Below, piece after piece: positions 38,075 through 50,298 of a stretch of DNA of 64,000 bases. The notes below the pieces were generated by a model. It was given only the letters and a program-made list of their open reading frames with translations. It was not told where the DNA came from and did no database searches. The stretch's first letter is position 1, and the number at the start of each line of letters is the position of its first letter. The DNA comes from Eledone cirrhosa. Taxonomy: Eukaryota. The DNA lies in assembly GCA_964016885.1 (NCBI GenBank), contig OZ024742.1, positions 323,516,001-323,580,000 on the forward strand, given 5' to 3'. The position numbers and the translations under genes are program-made.

Positions 38075-40127
38075 CTTGAAATAATTCTTTAAAGGGAAGT
38101 CACTCTAGATGTTGTTAACACGCGAATCGATCCTGTGTAGTGTTGTAAGCGATGAAGGAAATGGACTTTAATAAATAGGGGTACGTTTAGATTTGTGTGG
38201 CTGAAATTGGGTAGCCGTTGTAAGCCGGAAACTGGTAAAGCAGCAGGAGCAGTTAATATCAAGTCGATCAAATTGCACAGTTTCAACAGCTGTTGACATT
38301 TGCCTTTCAAGCCACTAGTAGTTCGCATACCTCCGTCATTCTTTTTCAATGCTGTCAAAATGACTGATAAAAGATCGCGGACATGACTGGGGAGTAGGTT
38401 CGTTAGAGCAATAATCGACCGAAGCAGACATACTCACGCCATTGTTGCTACTTAGGAAGCGTCTCAGGTAACACATCGTCAGACTCTGGTGCTCGGGGTA
38501 GGGGTTAAAAAGATTCTAGTCGGACACTCTAAATCCCTTTGGAATTTTTAGACCAGCTTCTTCTTCCCAGGAGGGTCGTGGGAGCAGAATCCTCAAACAC
38601 TCTTTCCTGCGGGTCCTGTCAAAAACAGTCGATTCCGATTGATCCGGTTGGATTCCCAGGTGAGACCAGCCGAGTTCATGGATGTTATCCTACCATCTTG
38701 CTTGGGCCTCCTGGCGGTCAGTTTTGTCCGTAAAATCTATCCATTGATTCTTTTCTTCTTTTTTTTTGTTCTTTAATCTTGTTTTGAGAAAAGTTAGTAA
38801 AGTCAAAATTCTAAAGAACGTATTACAGGACATTTTTTTATGAACTCTATTTTCTAGACCTGAAGGCGCACCAGTGAAAAGTGGATGCTAGTACCACCCA
38901 GTGCGACAAACCGAGCTATCACATTTTCCTTGGAAGAGAAGAAGGAGATATGACTGGATAGAGCTTAGATGTTTCTGGGTGTTACAGGCGGGGTGCGACA
39001 AGGGCATCCGGTATGGAGTAGAGGACCGTATCGTTCGAAGCCAGCTTATGCATCTCAATTAATTTTGTGCCATCCATTAGGGACTAGGTGACATTTTCTG
39101 CCATCAATTGGGGTTTGGATACCTGGTGTCGGCGCAGGTGGGTTGCTGGAGAAAATAGTAAGACCTGGTTGAAAGGGTGACAGAAGAAAGCGATGTTTCT
39201 TCTGAGCTTCGAAGCAAAGAAGAGGACTGAGTCCTCTTTAACTACTGCGATCCGGATCGCGAGAGTTGCGAAACAAAACAGGTATTTCCAGTTTTACGGA
39301 CTGTTGGTTTTAAGCATATAGTTGGTGGTTGACACTAACGCTTCAGCTGTGAGAATTCGAGCGGCTTTCGGGTTCCTGGTGGCAACTCCGTGTAACTGCA
39401 CGAGGCCAGAGATCGCTGTCAAAATCTTACGTGGTTCGCGCCTAGATAGCCTATATATTAGCTGTAACGGACCTCAGTGAGGAATTGCGGCCTTTCCAAC
39501 TCGGAGTAGGGGGTAAATGTAGACCTGAAACAGTTGCTCATGCAGCTAGACCAGGGCTTGTAAATAATTGATTGGGCGATGCCCAATGAATTAAAATTTT
39601 ACCAATCAATTAATTGGATTTTGTCTGTTTAACCAATCAATTATTGCAATTATTTGCAATTATTATCAGGAATTTCTTCGGATTTCTATGTTTTGAAGAT
39701 AGGAGATTCCGATGATGCAGAAATAAAGAGAAAAAATTCCAAATATGAAAAAAAAGTTCTGGTTTTTAATTTCGAGAGAGAAATTAGCAAAATATTTAAT
39801 TTAAACTATGAATAAGCAACTATTTGCAAATAAAAAGCAATTTATGATTGATTGAAAATCGTAGACACCAATTCTTCATCCCAGTAAGAGCGATTAGCCT
39901 TTAGAAACAATTGCATTTCTAAATTCAAAAGTGATAAGCTTTGGCGAAAATCATTAAAAGCGTATCCTGCTGAACTAAAGAAACGTTCTATTATATTTGA
40001 CGTCGGTAGAATAAATCTACAATCTGGATATTTCTTAGATAAATTTGCATTTGTCTGAAGAAGGGCAGAGTAAATGCAAATTTATCTAAGAAATATCCAG
40101 ATTGTAGATTTATTCTCCCAGATACGA

Positions 40128-40860
40128 AAATGACCAAAAGCATGTTATCTGGGACACACCCACCACCAACCAGTGTCTTCATTGAACAGGGGGAGGTGGA
40201 GATAGTGGACAACTTCACTTACCTAGGAAGCTCCATTAACAATGAGGGCACCATGGACAGTGAACTGCAATGTAGAATGGGAAAGGCTTCAGCAGCATTT
40301 AACCAGCTTGACAAGATCTGGAAGAGCAGGAAGTTCACCCTCAAAACAAAGATGAGATTCTACAACAGCAACGTGCTGTCCACACTCTTGTACGGAAGTG
40401 AAACATGGCACCTTAAGACCAGCCAAGAGAATAAGTTGGACGCATTCGATTCCAGATGTCTGCGAAAGATCCTGGGAATTAAATGGAGTGACCATGTAAC
40501 AAACCAGGAAGTCAGGAACCGCACCAACCAGCAGCTAGTCTCTTCTACCATCTGCAAGCGACGCCTGGGCTGGTTTGGACACGCTTTGAGACTTCCCGCG
40601 GAGAGACTGGCGAACCAAGTACTTAAATGGAGCCCGCGGGGAAGCAGACGGAGAGGGCGACCCAAAATGAACTGGCGCCAGACAGTTGAGAGGGACCTGC
40701 GAGCGACAAACAGACAATGGCGGGACGCTGTGCAACTGGCTGCTGACCGAACGCGATGGAACACTATGATTGCCTCATGCGTCGCAAGACGCGGGAACTT
40801 CTGAGTCAATATAATGAGGCCGTACACGACATTCAGTCCGTTCTGACTGAGATACGTATT
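40128..40860 (+). mobile_element. 3' fragment of a young RTE/BovB-like LINE
   Basis: Intact 224-aa C-terminal ORF (FTYLGS, LLYGSETW, RRLGWFGH, RGRPK..W). Confidence 0.88.
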
Positions 40861-40869
40861 ATTCCGAAG

Positions 40870-41857
40870 AACGTTGCCCAAACACATCACAGTGAAATTC
40901 ATCATCAAAATCTCTCACAAATGATCTCTTGAGAAAGCCGGACATATAAATCTATTGACAAAGTTGTCGACGGGGACAATGCTATCTATTATTCCGTCGA
41001 ATTTCTCAAGTCTGGAATTGTCCTGTATCCTGCTATACAATCTTGAATTGAAGAAGGGCAGTCATCATGTTTCTCAGGAACCTGGATCAGCCATGATTGC
41101 GCAATGGGACGCGTATGATTATGACTGAACTACAGCCTCCCATTATTGAAGCCAACATTTCTGAGTTCAAATCCCGCCGAGGTTAACTTTGCCTTTCATC
41201 CTTACGGGGTCGGTAAAATAAAGTACCAGTAATACACTGGGATAATTGCTGGTCTTGTGCCAAAAAAAGTAGAAACAATTATTGAAGCCAAAATCCATTG
41301 CTGGATGTGATAAGGGAGATATCGTTTTTTGTGGGTATGGTGTGGCGTGCGGTGGCCGGAGGCGGGGGGAGTGCTCGATCGGAAGGGGTTTTTGAGTGCT
41401 CGACCGGAAGGGGTCTTTGGCCGGAAGGATGCTCGACAGGAAGGGCCAGCAGAGGGCCTCTCTCTAGTGGTGACCAGCACACGGTGTGGACGCGAGTTTT
41501 GGGCAGCTCCCGGTGTTAAGCAGTCGGACGCACGTGGAATTTAGCGGCGCCTGTGAAAAGCGGTAAGTGAGATAGCTTTTTCTAACTACAGTTTTTATAC
41601 CTAGAATATCGATAATACCAACACATGTTCCCTTTCATTTCAAACGAAGGCAATTTCCAGTGAGAAATGTTACGCAATGACCATTAACAAGTCCCAAGGT
41701 CAAACACTGTAGGTTGTCGGTCTCCATCTAGAAGAGGGCTGTTTGTCACATGATCAATTGTATATAGGTTGTTCGAGAGTAGGAAGCCCCCATAAACCTT
41801 TCATATATGCTCTAAAGAAAAAAGTTAAAAACATTGTAAATACTGAAGTTCTGTAAA
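40870..41857 (+). mobile_element. Helitron PIF1-like helicase C-terminal remnant, interrupted by a SINE and a solo LTR
   Basis: Manual translation: YKSIDKVVD..VEFL, LRNLDQP..NGTR, IIEAK, FIPRI..FKRRQFPV, AMTINKSQGQTL, SH.QLY.GCSRVG, KNIV..EVL*. Confidence 0.88.
41330..41590. mobile_element. Solo LTR-like insertion (261 bp)
   Basis: TGT...ACA termini, GTTTTT duplicated at 41324-29 and 41591-96; removal restores the Helitron helicase reading IVF-IPRI. Confidence 0.8.
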
Positions 41858-42133
41858 TGCTTTATCATTTTCGTAAAATACATTTTTCTATTATTATCTT
41901 TATTACTTTCTTTTATAAAAAGAAATATAATAATTGTTTCTACTTTTGGCACAAGGCCAGCAATTATTCCAGTGTATTGCTGGTACTTTATTTTATCAAC
42001 CCCGTAAGGATGAATGGCAAAGTTAACCTCGGCGGGATTTGAACTCAGACCATAAAGGGTCGTAACTCTTTGCTGCAAAGCATGGCGTCCGACCCTCTAC
42101 CGATACTGCCAATCCACCGCCAAAAAAGAAATA

Positions 42134-44767
42134 CAGTCGAGTCCGCTTAAGAGTATACCCTCGGGAATGGAAAATAGTATACTCTTAACCGGACTAACTA
42201 AAAATATTCCATAGTGGTGGATTGGCAGTATCGGTAGAGGGTCGGACGCCATGCTTTTCAGCACAGTTACGTCTCTTTATGGTCTGAGTTCAAATCCCGC
42301 CGAGGTTAACTTTGCCTTTCATCCTTACGGGGTCAATAAAATAAAGTACCAGTAATACACTGGGATAATTGCTGGCTTTGTGCCAAACGTAGAAACAATT
42401 ATTATTTTGAGTCTTTCAATGATTAAAAATCGCTTTATTATCGTTTAAAATGCATTTATAAGTTTTAAAAAAATGAAAGTTACACCAAAAAGTTCAACAA
42501 GAATTGTTGCAAATTAAGCAATATTTCAACATATTGGTATGCAATTTTTATTTCTTAAAAATAGTCCAAAATGCTTTTTTGCACTCGATTGCTCGCAATG
42601 TTTTTTTCAATCAAAACCTCAATCTCAGACAGAGTATAATTTTCAAAATTTTCAAACGATTGCATCATATAGGACCGTACAGTCAACAAAGCATTTATTC
42701 CTTCTTTTCCAGAGATCTAAAATATTGATAAATGATTAAAGTTATGTTAGGTACCTATGGACATTCATATTATAAATATAAAAATAATACATACTAACCT
42801 TTCTAGTTAATTCGGTTTCAATATAATCTACTTCTTCCTCCTCTTCTATTATCATGCGCTCGATTTGAACTTCCAAACATATTTCAGCATCAGTTAAATC
42901 ACCATAGCACGGCTCGCTGACATCACAATCGATGAATTCGGGTTCCAATTGAGGAATATTGGCATCATCACTTTCAATTAATAGTACATCGTTCAACTCG
43001 ACTTCAATTTCATTGTGAAAACCCGCTTTTTTAAAGCAATTGACAATCGTCGTGGGTTTGAGAAGAAAAAGAGAGCGCTTCAACATTTGCATAGACAAAA
43101 GAACATGAACAGATTTTTCAAATTCAGTTACGCTCTTCCCATTTTCTATTGCCACCAATAACTTTCGCACAATTTGTGTACGATAATGCACTTTCACAGC
43201 ACGTATTATCCCCTTATCAAGGGACTGAATTAATGAGGTCGTATTTGGAGGTAAAAATACGATTTTTACGTTTTCAAAATGATTATCAATTTTATGACAG
43301 CTTGCATTGTCTGCAAAAATAATGACTTTTCGTTTTTGGCCACGCATTCTTTTGTCAAATTGTGCAATAATTTCCAGCCAAATGTTTTTCGTCATCCAAG
43401 CTTTTGAATTACTGTAATATGGTAGAGGTGCTTTTTTATTCAGCATACAACGAGGTCGTTGAAATTTTCAAATGACAAACGCGTGTTTTTCAGTTCCATC
43501 GGAATTGACTGCTAAGAGAATGGTGAGTCTGTCTTTTGCGGTTTTTCTACCCGTTGGATTTGTTCCAGAGACAGCTAGTGTACCAGATGGAAGTGCTTTA
43601 AAAAAAAGACCAGATTCATCGAAATTATACACATCCTTTGGTGAATAGCCGTCAATTTCCTTGGTATAAATTGTTTCTATCCAATGTTTGGCACTTAAGT
43701 GATCAGCGACAGCTCTTTCACCATGCACTTTCATGAATTTTATATTTTCACGCTTTTTAAGTCTCTCTAACCAACCATGAGATGGTTCAAAATCGGGAAT
43801 TCCCAAAGTTTGTGTAAATATTTTTGCCTTTTCAAGCATCATAGGGCCGTTGATCGGAACATTTTGACTTCTCATTTGGTGAAACCATTTTATGAGTGCA
43901 TCTTCCAATCCTTGGTGATCAACTGATCTACATTTTGCATCCAAATTCACATTTGATAGAGCTAATTTTCGATATTTTTTCTCGTTTTTTTTTTAATTCT
44001 GGAGATGGCTGCTTGATTGCAATTGAATTTATTTGACAATTCATTTTGTGACTTGGCGGATTTCAATTAATCCAAAATAGCAATTTTTTTAGTAATAGAT
44101 AAAGCAGAGCGTTTCAAGGACATTTTTTATGTTACTTTACCGTATTCAGTGACGTGGTTAGTGGGTCTGGTCACTACTAATGATCGAATCCGAGAATAGC
44201 CCTTAAAAGGACTGTTATCGCATACGGTCTGATCGGATCTGAGGATAGCCCTTAAAAGGACTGTCACATACAGTAAGGATGAACAGACGAAGGAAGAAGT
44301 TGAACGGACGAGCAAGGCGTGAGATGTAGTTTTCGGTCAACTATTTTCATACATGAAGCGACGATACCGAAATACAAGGCGTGTGTGAGTGACAAGTGTA
44401 TTAGAGGAGAGGAACAACGATACGCGGGCTGACCCTGCCAAAGGTCGACTGTGTTTGGAACCACTCTATTTGTACAAAAATAATCGTTTGATGTTTAGCC
44501 GCTGCGTAGGCGTTTTATTTTGGTGGCTTAAGGGTTGTTTGTTTCATGGTAGCTAAGCAGATAGATAGTTATTTATTTCACAGATGTTATTTCCGGTGGC
44601 TGTACATACTCTTATTCGGACTAAATTATATAGAAAATATATAAACGGGAATTGATTATGTTATACTCTTGTGCGAACTATACTCTTAAGCGGACCCATG
44701 CACTGTACAAAAGATAGTACATAAATTCGGGAATTGATTATGCTATACTCTTAAGTGGACTCGACTG
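42134..44767 (-). mobile_element. Tigger/pogo-family DNA transposon with decayed CENP-B HTH + DDE transposase
   Basis: TIRs CAGTCGAGTCC(G/A)CTTAAGAGTATA, TA target duplication at 42132-33 and 44768-69; transposase from ATG 44123 (FEPSHGWLERLK, NFDESGLF, DNASCH, LPPNTTSLIQ.LD.GII) broken by stops and frameshifts. Confidence 0.93.
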
Positions 44768-44771
44768 TATA

Positions 44772-45560
44772 ATACAATGCTTACAGAACGAAAGCACAAA
44801 CAAATCTAATATAAAGGAAAGAGAAAGGAAAAACAAAAAAGAAAGAGAAAAGAAAAACAACCCACACACACAAGCATGCAGCACACACATAGAACCGCAT
44901 ACAATAAAAGGCAGGCGGAAGGGGTGGATAACCGAGCCGCTACCAGAGTAAAAGATAATAGTATCGCAAGGAGCATTGGAAAAGCTCTCTAATAATTTTT
45001 TAGGCAAGCCAGCACGCTCGCAGCATAACCTCAGGTGATGGTGAGGCATGCACTGGAACAACCAAGCGCTCTCACGAACATCACCAGTTACCTCTGTTAG
45101 GCGAACCGCCAGTGAAGATAAGAATCTCGCAGTCAGTAGTCTGACTTCCCCAAACGTCTCGAACGTCACAGGGTAGAAAATGTAGTTGGCCGACGACAGA
45201 TCACAGTATTTTAGGATTTTGTTCCGTTCGGCTGCGGAAGCAGTGGCTCTCGCCCTAACCGCACCTTCCGGGATGTGGGAAGAAGCAAAAGAGTCACTAA
45301 CCGTGACGTCCCAGATAAGGCACTCCCCTCTCGACCAGGGGCACAGGGCAAGGTCGTCAGGTCTTTCCCCATAAATTCTGGACAACCCAGGCGGTTCCAA
45401 AATTGAAGGGATGTTTGCCCGGGCCAAAGCTCTCTTGAAAATTAGGTTTAGCCCCATGTGACGCGCGAAACGACCGGCATTCAGGCGGCAAGAAAGACCG
45501 TAGAGTCAAGGTATTTGCCACACCGACACCTCAGACGCCGGCTCCCATTCTGAGAGCAAT
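44772..45560 (-). mobile_element. 5'-truncated second copy of the CRE-like element (endonuclease domain and T-rich 3' UTR)
   Basis: ORF 44738-45457 (KRALARANIPSILEPPGLSR..RPD..LCPW..LIWDVTVSD) is homologous to 1458-1962. Confidence 0.85.
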
Positions 45561-45931
45561 ATTCTAAATAATTTTAAAAAATTATGTTATACAATATTTA
45601 AATACGCTTTAACATCTTTTATTTTAAGGAAAATGGGCATTACGATAGGTGCCTTTAAATAGATTTGAGCACGGTATAGACCGGGGCGGAGGTTGGCAGG
45701 CTGCTAGTAAAAGACAAACATGGGCGAGAAAATAAATTAGTCAGATAGATAGTCACACAATTTGGTAGATTATATTATATCTAACTTGATAGACAGGTGT
45801 TGGGTGGAGATTTCACTGTTATTAAAAAATATAACTTAATAGTTAAAGCAACGGAACGTGACATCTCTTTATAAGAGTTGACCCCTGTCATTTTCCCACC
45901 CTTGATTTAACTAAATACGATCAAACAATTT

Positions 45932-45945
45932 TTATGACGTCATAA
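45932..45945. promoter_or_regulatory. Palindromic CRE-type site TTATGACGTCATAA about 100 bp upstream of the arginine-kinase-like ATG
   Basis: Perfect 14-bp palindrome containing TGACGTCA; function not shown. Confidence 0.35.
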
Positions 45946-46041
45946 TTTATTTTAATTTTTATCATAAATTAATAAATGATACCAAAAACTTCAAATCGCA
46001 ATGATACGTGAATAAACAAGGTGTTAATTTCGAATTTCGCA

Positions 46042-47109
46042 ATGTCGGAACTGAGTCATTTATGGAAAAGGATATCCACCTCTAAAAGTAATTCTCTTCT
46101 AAAACTACACCTCAATACGGAAAAACTAGATAATTTGAAAGCGAAAAGGACTAAATACGGAGGGACAATAACAGATTGTATTCGAGTTGGTTGCAAATAT
46201 CCTAACGTTTCTATTGGAATATATGCATGTGATCAGACTGCCTACACCTTGTTTGCAGAAGTTTTCGATCCGATTATCAAAGAATATCATACTTTGAGTA
46301 CATTTAACCACCCACCACCGGATTATGGAGATGTAAATCTCCTTAATTTGTACACATTGGAAAGTACGAAAGATAACGTAATTTCTTCAAATATTAATAT
46401 TAGTCGAAATTTCGATGGTTATCGGTATCACCCAATTCTAACTAAAGGTGATCGTTTAGATATTGAAAAATTAGCCGTAGAAACTTTAACTAGCCTGGAA
46501 GGAGATCTTATGGGGCACTATATTTCTCATATTGGTATTTCAGAAGATGATCGCAAAGAGTTAATATATGAGAACTCACATTTCGATAATTCCAACAGAT
46601 TAAAGAAGGCAGCAGGTTGTTATGATGATTGGCCAGCTGGTAGAGGTGTTTATTACAATTTGGACAAGAATGTCATATGTTGGGTGAACGAAGAAGACCA
46701 TCTTCGTGTATTCTGCAGTGCAACCGGCCCGCATTTAGCCGACGCCTATAAGAGGTTGGTTCGACTGCTACAATCAATTGAGAAAAAAATAATGTTTGCC
46801 CAAGGATCCTGGGGTTATTTAAACTTTTGCTGTAGTAACTTAGGAACTGCTATGTATATAAGCTTGCTTGTCAGACTTCCACGTCAAGAACTAAAACCAG
46901 AAACCATTGAGATCTGCAAAAAATATAGCCTCGAATGTAGACTTATCCAAAATTTGTTTACGCACAGCATCTTTGAAATAGTAAATAAACGTGTTATTGG
47001 AACAACAGAATATGAAACAGTTAATACAGTAGCTACGGGAACGGTTCAGATATTAAATAGTGAAGAAAATGTACCAAAGCCGCCAAATCCCGAACAAACG
47101 AATAAATAA
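46042..47109 (+). CDS. Intronless arginine kinase-like (phosphagen kinase family) protein, 355 aa, with a degenerate ATP-binding site
   Basis: Uninterrupted ORF with SLLK.HL, GIYACD, WPAGRG, WVNEEDHLR, FC.SNLGT and NKR..G.TEY motifs; AATAAA at and after the stop. Confidence 0.9.
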   Translation: MSELSHLWKRISTSKSNSLLKLHLNTEKLDNLKAKRTKYGGTITDCIRVGCKYPNVSIGIYACDQTAYTLFAEVFDPIIKEYHTLSTFNHPPPDYGDVNLLNLYTLESTKDNVISSNINISRNFDGYRYHPILTKGDRLDIEKLAVETLTSLEGDLMGHYISHIGISEDDRKELIYENSHFDNSNRLKKAAGCYDDWPAGRGVYYNLDKNVICWVNEEDHLRVFCSATGPHLADAYKRLVRLLQSIEKKIMFAQGSWGYLNFCCSNLGTAMYISLLVRLPRQELKPETIEICKKYSLECRLIQNLFTHSIFEIVNKRVIGTTEYETVNTVATGTVQILNSEENVPKPPNPEQTNK

Positions 47110-47810
47110 ATGAATAAACCTTTCGACAGACGTTCGCTTGAGATAGTAAGTTGCTGAAAACAACACTATTTTAATAGAAGTGCAATATTTCACAAAGTAA
47201 CCAGTCTTATGTGAATCAATTATAATAAATAAATCTGATATGTATATGTGTGTGTGTGTGTGTGTACACATAACTATAGGCATTTCCGCATTCCAGTTAA
47301 CTCGGGTAACGAAATTTTGCGTTACATAAAATCAAAAATGATGATAATTTAAAAATACCCTTTCTTCTTAACCAAAAAAAAAACACACTTCTCAGCGGTT
47401 TAGCTATAGATGTATAGTTAACAATTTGTCAAAGTATAGTTAATATTCACGTAACGTATGTGTGTGCGAATGTCATTGGCAGTATCGGTAGAGGGTTGGA
47501 CGCCATTCTCTCCAGCATAGTTACGTCCCTTTACGGTCTCAGTTCAAATCCCGCCGAGGTTAACTTTGCCTTTCATCCTTACAGGGTCGATAAAATAAAG
47601 TACCAGTAATGTACTGAAATAATTGCTGGCCTTGTGCCAAAATTAGAAACAATTATAATAAAACCAGAGAAGGACGGTGGATTGGCAATATCGGTGGAGC
47701 GTCAGAGACCATATTTTGCAGCATAGAGTTATGGCCCTTTAATTCTAGTTCAAATCCCACCGAGGTTATCTTTGCTTTTCATCCTTAAGGGGTCGATAAA
47801 ATAAAGTACC

Positions 47811-48362
47811 GGCATACGTTAAGACGGGCGTTGCGGAAAGTGAAAGTAAATTTTTTGACAACAATGTGAATTTGTTTTGTTTTTTTACAATGAAAGTTAC
47901 GATACACACGCAATTGTATGGATTTCTTAATATATATATATGTGTGGGTGTGTATATGTGTGTATATATGTGTGTACACTGTGAATTTGTTTGTTTATTT
48001 ACAACAGATCTCTATAGTGATATGGTGTTAATTAGTATTGCGTGTTGTTTATTTACAACAGGTCTCTATAGTGATATGGTGTTAATTAGTATTGCGTGTG
48101 TGATTATTTTTTCTTTAGATAGACGTTAAACGATGATGATGACACAAACACATATATATATATACAAACACACATATATATATACATACAGACACACATA
48201 TATATACACACATATACACACCCACACATATATATATATATTAAGAAATCCATACAATTGCGTGTGTATCGTAACTTTCATTGTAAACAAAAAAAAAAAA
48301 AATTCACATTGTTGTCAAAAAATATACTTTCACTTTCCGCAACGCCCGTCTTAACGTATGCC
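47811..48362. mobile_element. Fold-back MITE with long TIRs (GGCATACGTTAAGACGGGCG), truncating a SINE
   Basis: About 165-bp inverted repeats; no TSD seen. Confidence 0.8.
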
Positions 48363-48435
48363 CACGTGACAATCACTTTGTGTGTCTAGGACGGAAGAAA
48401 GAAAAAATATTTCTTTACAGTTTTCTCCCTTCTGA

Positions 48436-48565
48436 ATACTACTACTACTACTGCTACTACTACTACTACTACTGCTATTACTACTAATATTGCTACTGCT
48501 ACAACAACCACCACTACTATTGCTACTGATACTACTATTAATTCCACCACTATTTCTGCAACTAC
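48436..48565. repeat. Degenerate (ACT)n trinucleotide repeat
   Basis: Visible ACT/CCA/GCT triplet run. Confidence 0.8.
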
Positions 48566-48949
48566 TGGAGGATAAAAAGAAGAAGAAAATTGAAAAACGT
48601 GATGCTGCACATGCAGTGAATGATAAAGCAAAGGATGAGCTGAAAGAAAACTAGATATAAGAGCAATCAGATGTAGTGTACAAGAGAGAAGGCTGTGCTA
48701 GCATGGACATGTGATATATGTGGATGATGATTGATGGGCGAAGACATCCCAGTGGAAGGAAGCTGCTGTGGAGGAAGATCAAGGAAGACCTAGGCCGGAG
48801 TGTCGAGAGAGATCTAAAATTGCTGAAGCTCACAGAGGAGATGATAAAGGAATGCAACAGGTGGAGGGAAGCTGTGCTGGAAAAGACCTGTCCAACCCAT
48901 GCAAACATGGAAAAATGGATGTAGGCATATATGGAAGCATAAACAATAT

Positions 48950-50298
48950 ATTTATATATGCAGATGATCTAACTCTCATAGCTGAATCTATGGCTGAACT
49001 AGAGAAGAAATTCCAAACATCGAAGTATGGCCTAGAATCAAAAGGCATTAAAGTTAACTTGTCTAAGACTAAAGTTCTAGTATGTAAAAAGGAAAATAGG
49101 GCACAGGTACCCTCTAGGAAATGGCTATGCTCAGTGTGTAGGAAAGGAGTAGGTAGAAATTCCATTTTATGTCCCAAATACAAACTATGGGTACATAAAA
49201 GATGTAGTAGGATCACAGGTAAGCTATCTAAGAATGTAGATTTTATATGTGGCCAATGCTCAGGTGCAATAAATAGCAAGTGCCCACAGGATACTAGTTC
49301 CTATTGCCCAGATGGTTCTATAGAAATAGTGGACATTTTCCGTTACCTGGGTGACAAAATCAGCAGTGGTGGAGGGTGCTCTGAAAGCACAGTAGCCAGA
49401 GTCAGAACAGGATGGAAAAAGTTCAGAGAACTTATACTGCTGTTGGCCACAAAAGGTTTATCTCTAAAAATGAAAGGCAGATTGTATGATGCCTGTATAC
49501 GAACAACAATGTTACATGGCAGTGAGACTTGGGCATTGTGTGCAGAGGATCTGTGCAGACTGGAAAGGAACGAAGGTTGCATGCTCCGTTGGATGTGTAA
49601 TAGTAATATACGCAAACGGCAAAACATAAATGAACTAAGTGAGAAATTAGGAATAAGAGGGATCAGATGCTGTTTACTTGAGAGAAGACTATGTTGGTAT
49701 GGTCACATGATGCACATGAAAGATGACAACTGTATAAAAAAGTGCTGGGTGATCAAAATTGATGGAAATTACAGAGTAGGTAGACCCAGAAAAACCTGGT
49801 GACGATTTGATAAATTCCGACCTTACACACTTGAACCTCTCTAAGACAATGTCACTGGACCGAGATCTTTGGTGCCACGCGGTAATACAGAAGACCTGTC
49901 TTGCCTCTGTACAAAGCGAAACCTCCAGTCAGTAGACACCTCTTAACCAAATATACACTCTATCCTCCCACTCCCACCAACACCACCCTTTCTCTGTAAA
50001 GTTATGTTGGTACCACAACATCCAGTCCAAACTAATGAGGTTGTGTAGGTGTCATGACAAAAAAAACACAGCCCATGCTGTAATGTGGCCGTGTAGGTAA
50101 CACAGTAAAAACCTCCCAGTCCACACTGTAAATGTGGTTGGTGTTAGGAAGGGCATCCAGCCATAGAAAACCTGCCAAATAGTCCTATACGAGCGAGACA
50201 CGGTCACCCGACCAATCTTGCCTCAAGTGGGACAATTCCCATCTAACCCATGCTAGTGTGGAAGATAGACGTTAAACAATGATGATGATGATGATGAT
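48950..50298 (+). mobile_element. 5'-truncated, older RTE-type LINE copy
   Basis: YADD through C-terminus, 3' UTR and (GAT)n tail homologous to the other copies. Confidence 0.9.

Noticed and set aside
38089-38480. Divergent gene or upstream ORF at the EIF2B5 promoter
   Set aside because: Only short ORFs with no recognisable homology and no supportable downstream exons
46021-46041. GTG start given by the ORF track for the kinase-like gene
   Set aside because: Eukaryotic gene; ATG at 46042 matches the expected arginine kinase N-terminus
48386-48631. Val-rich transmembrane-looking ORF
   Set aside because: Translation of an (ACT)n microsatellite
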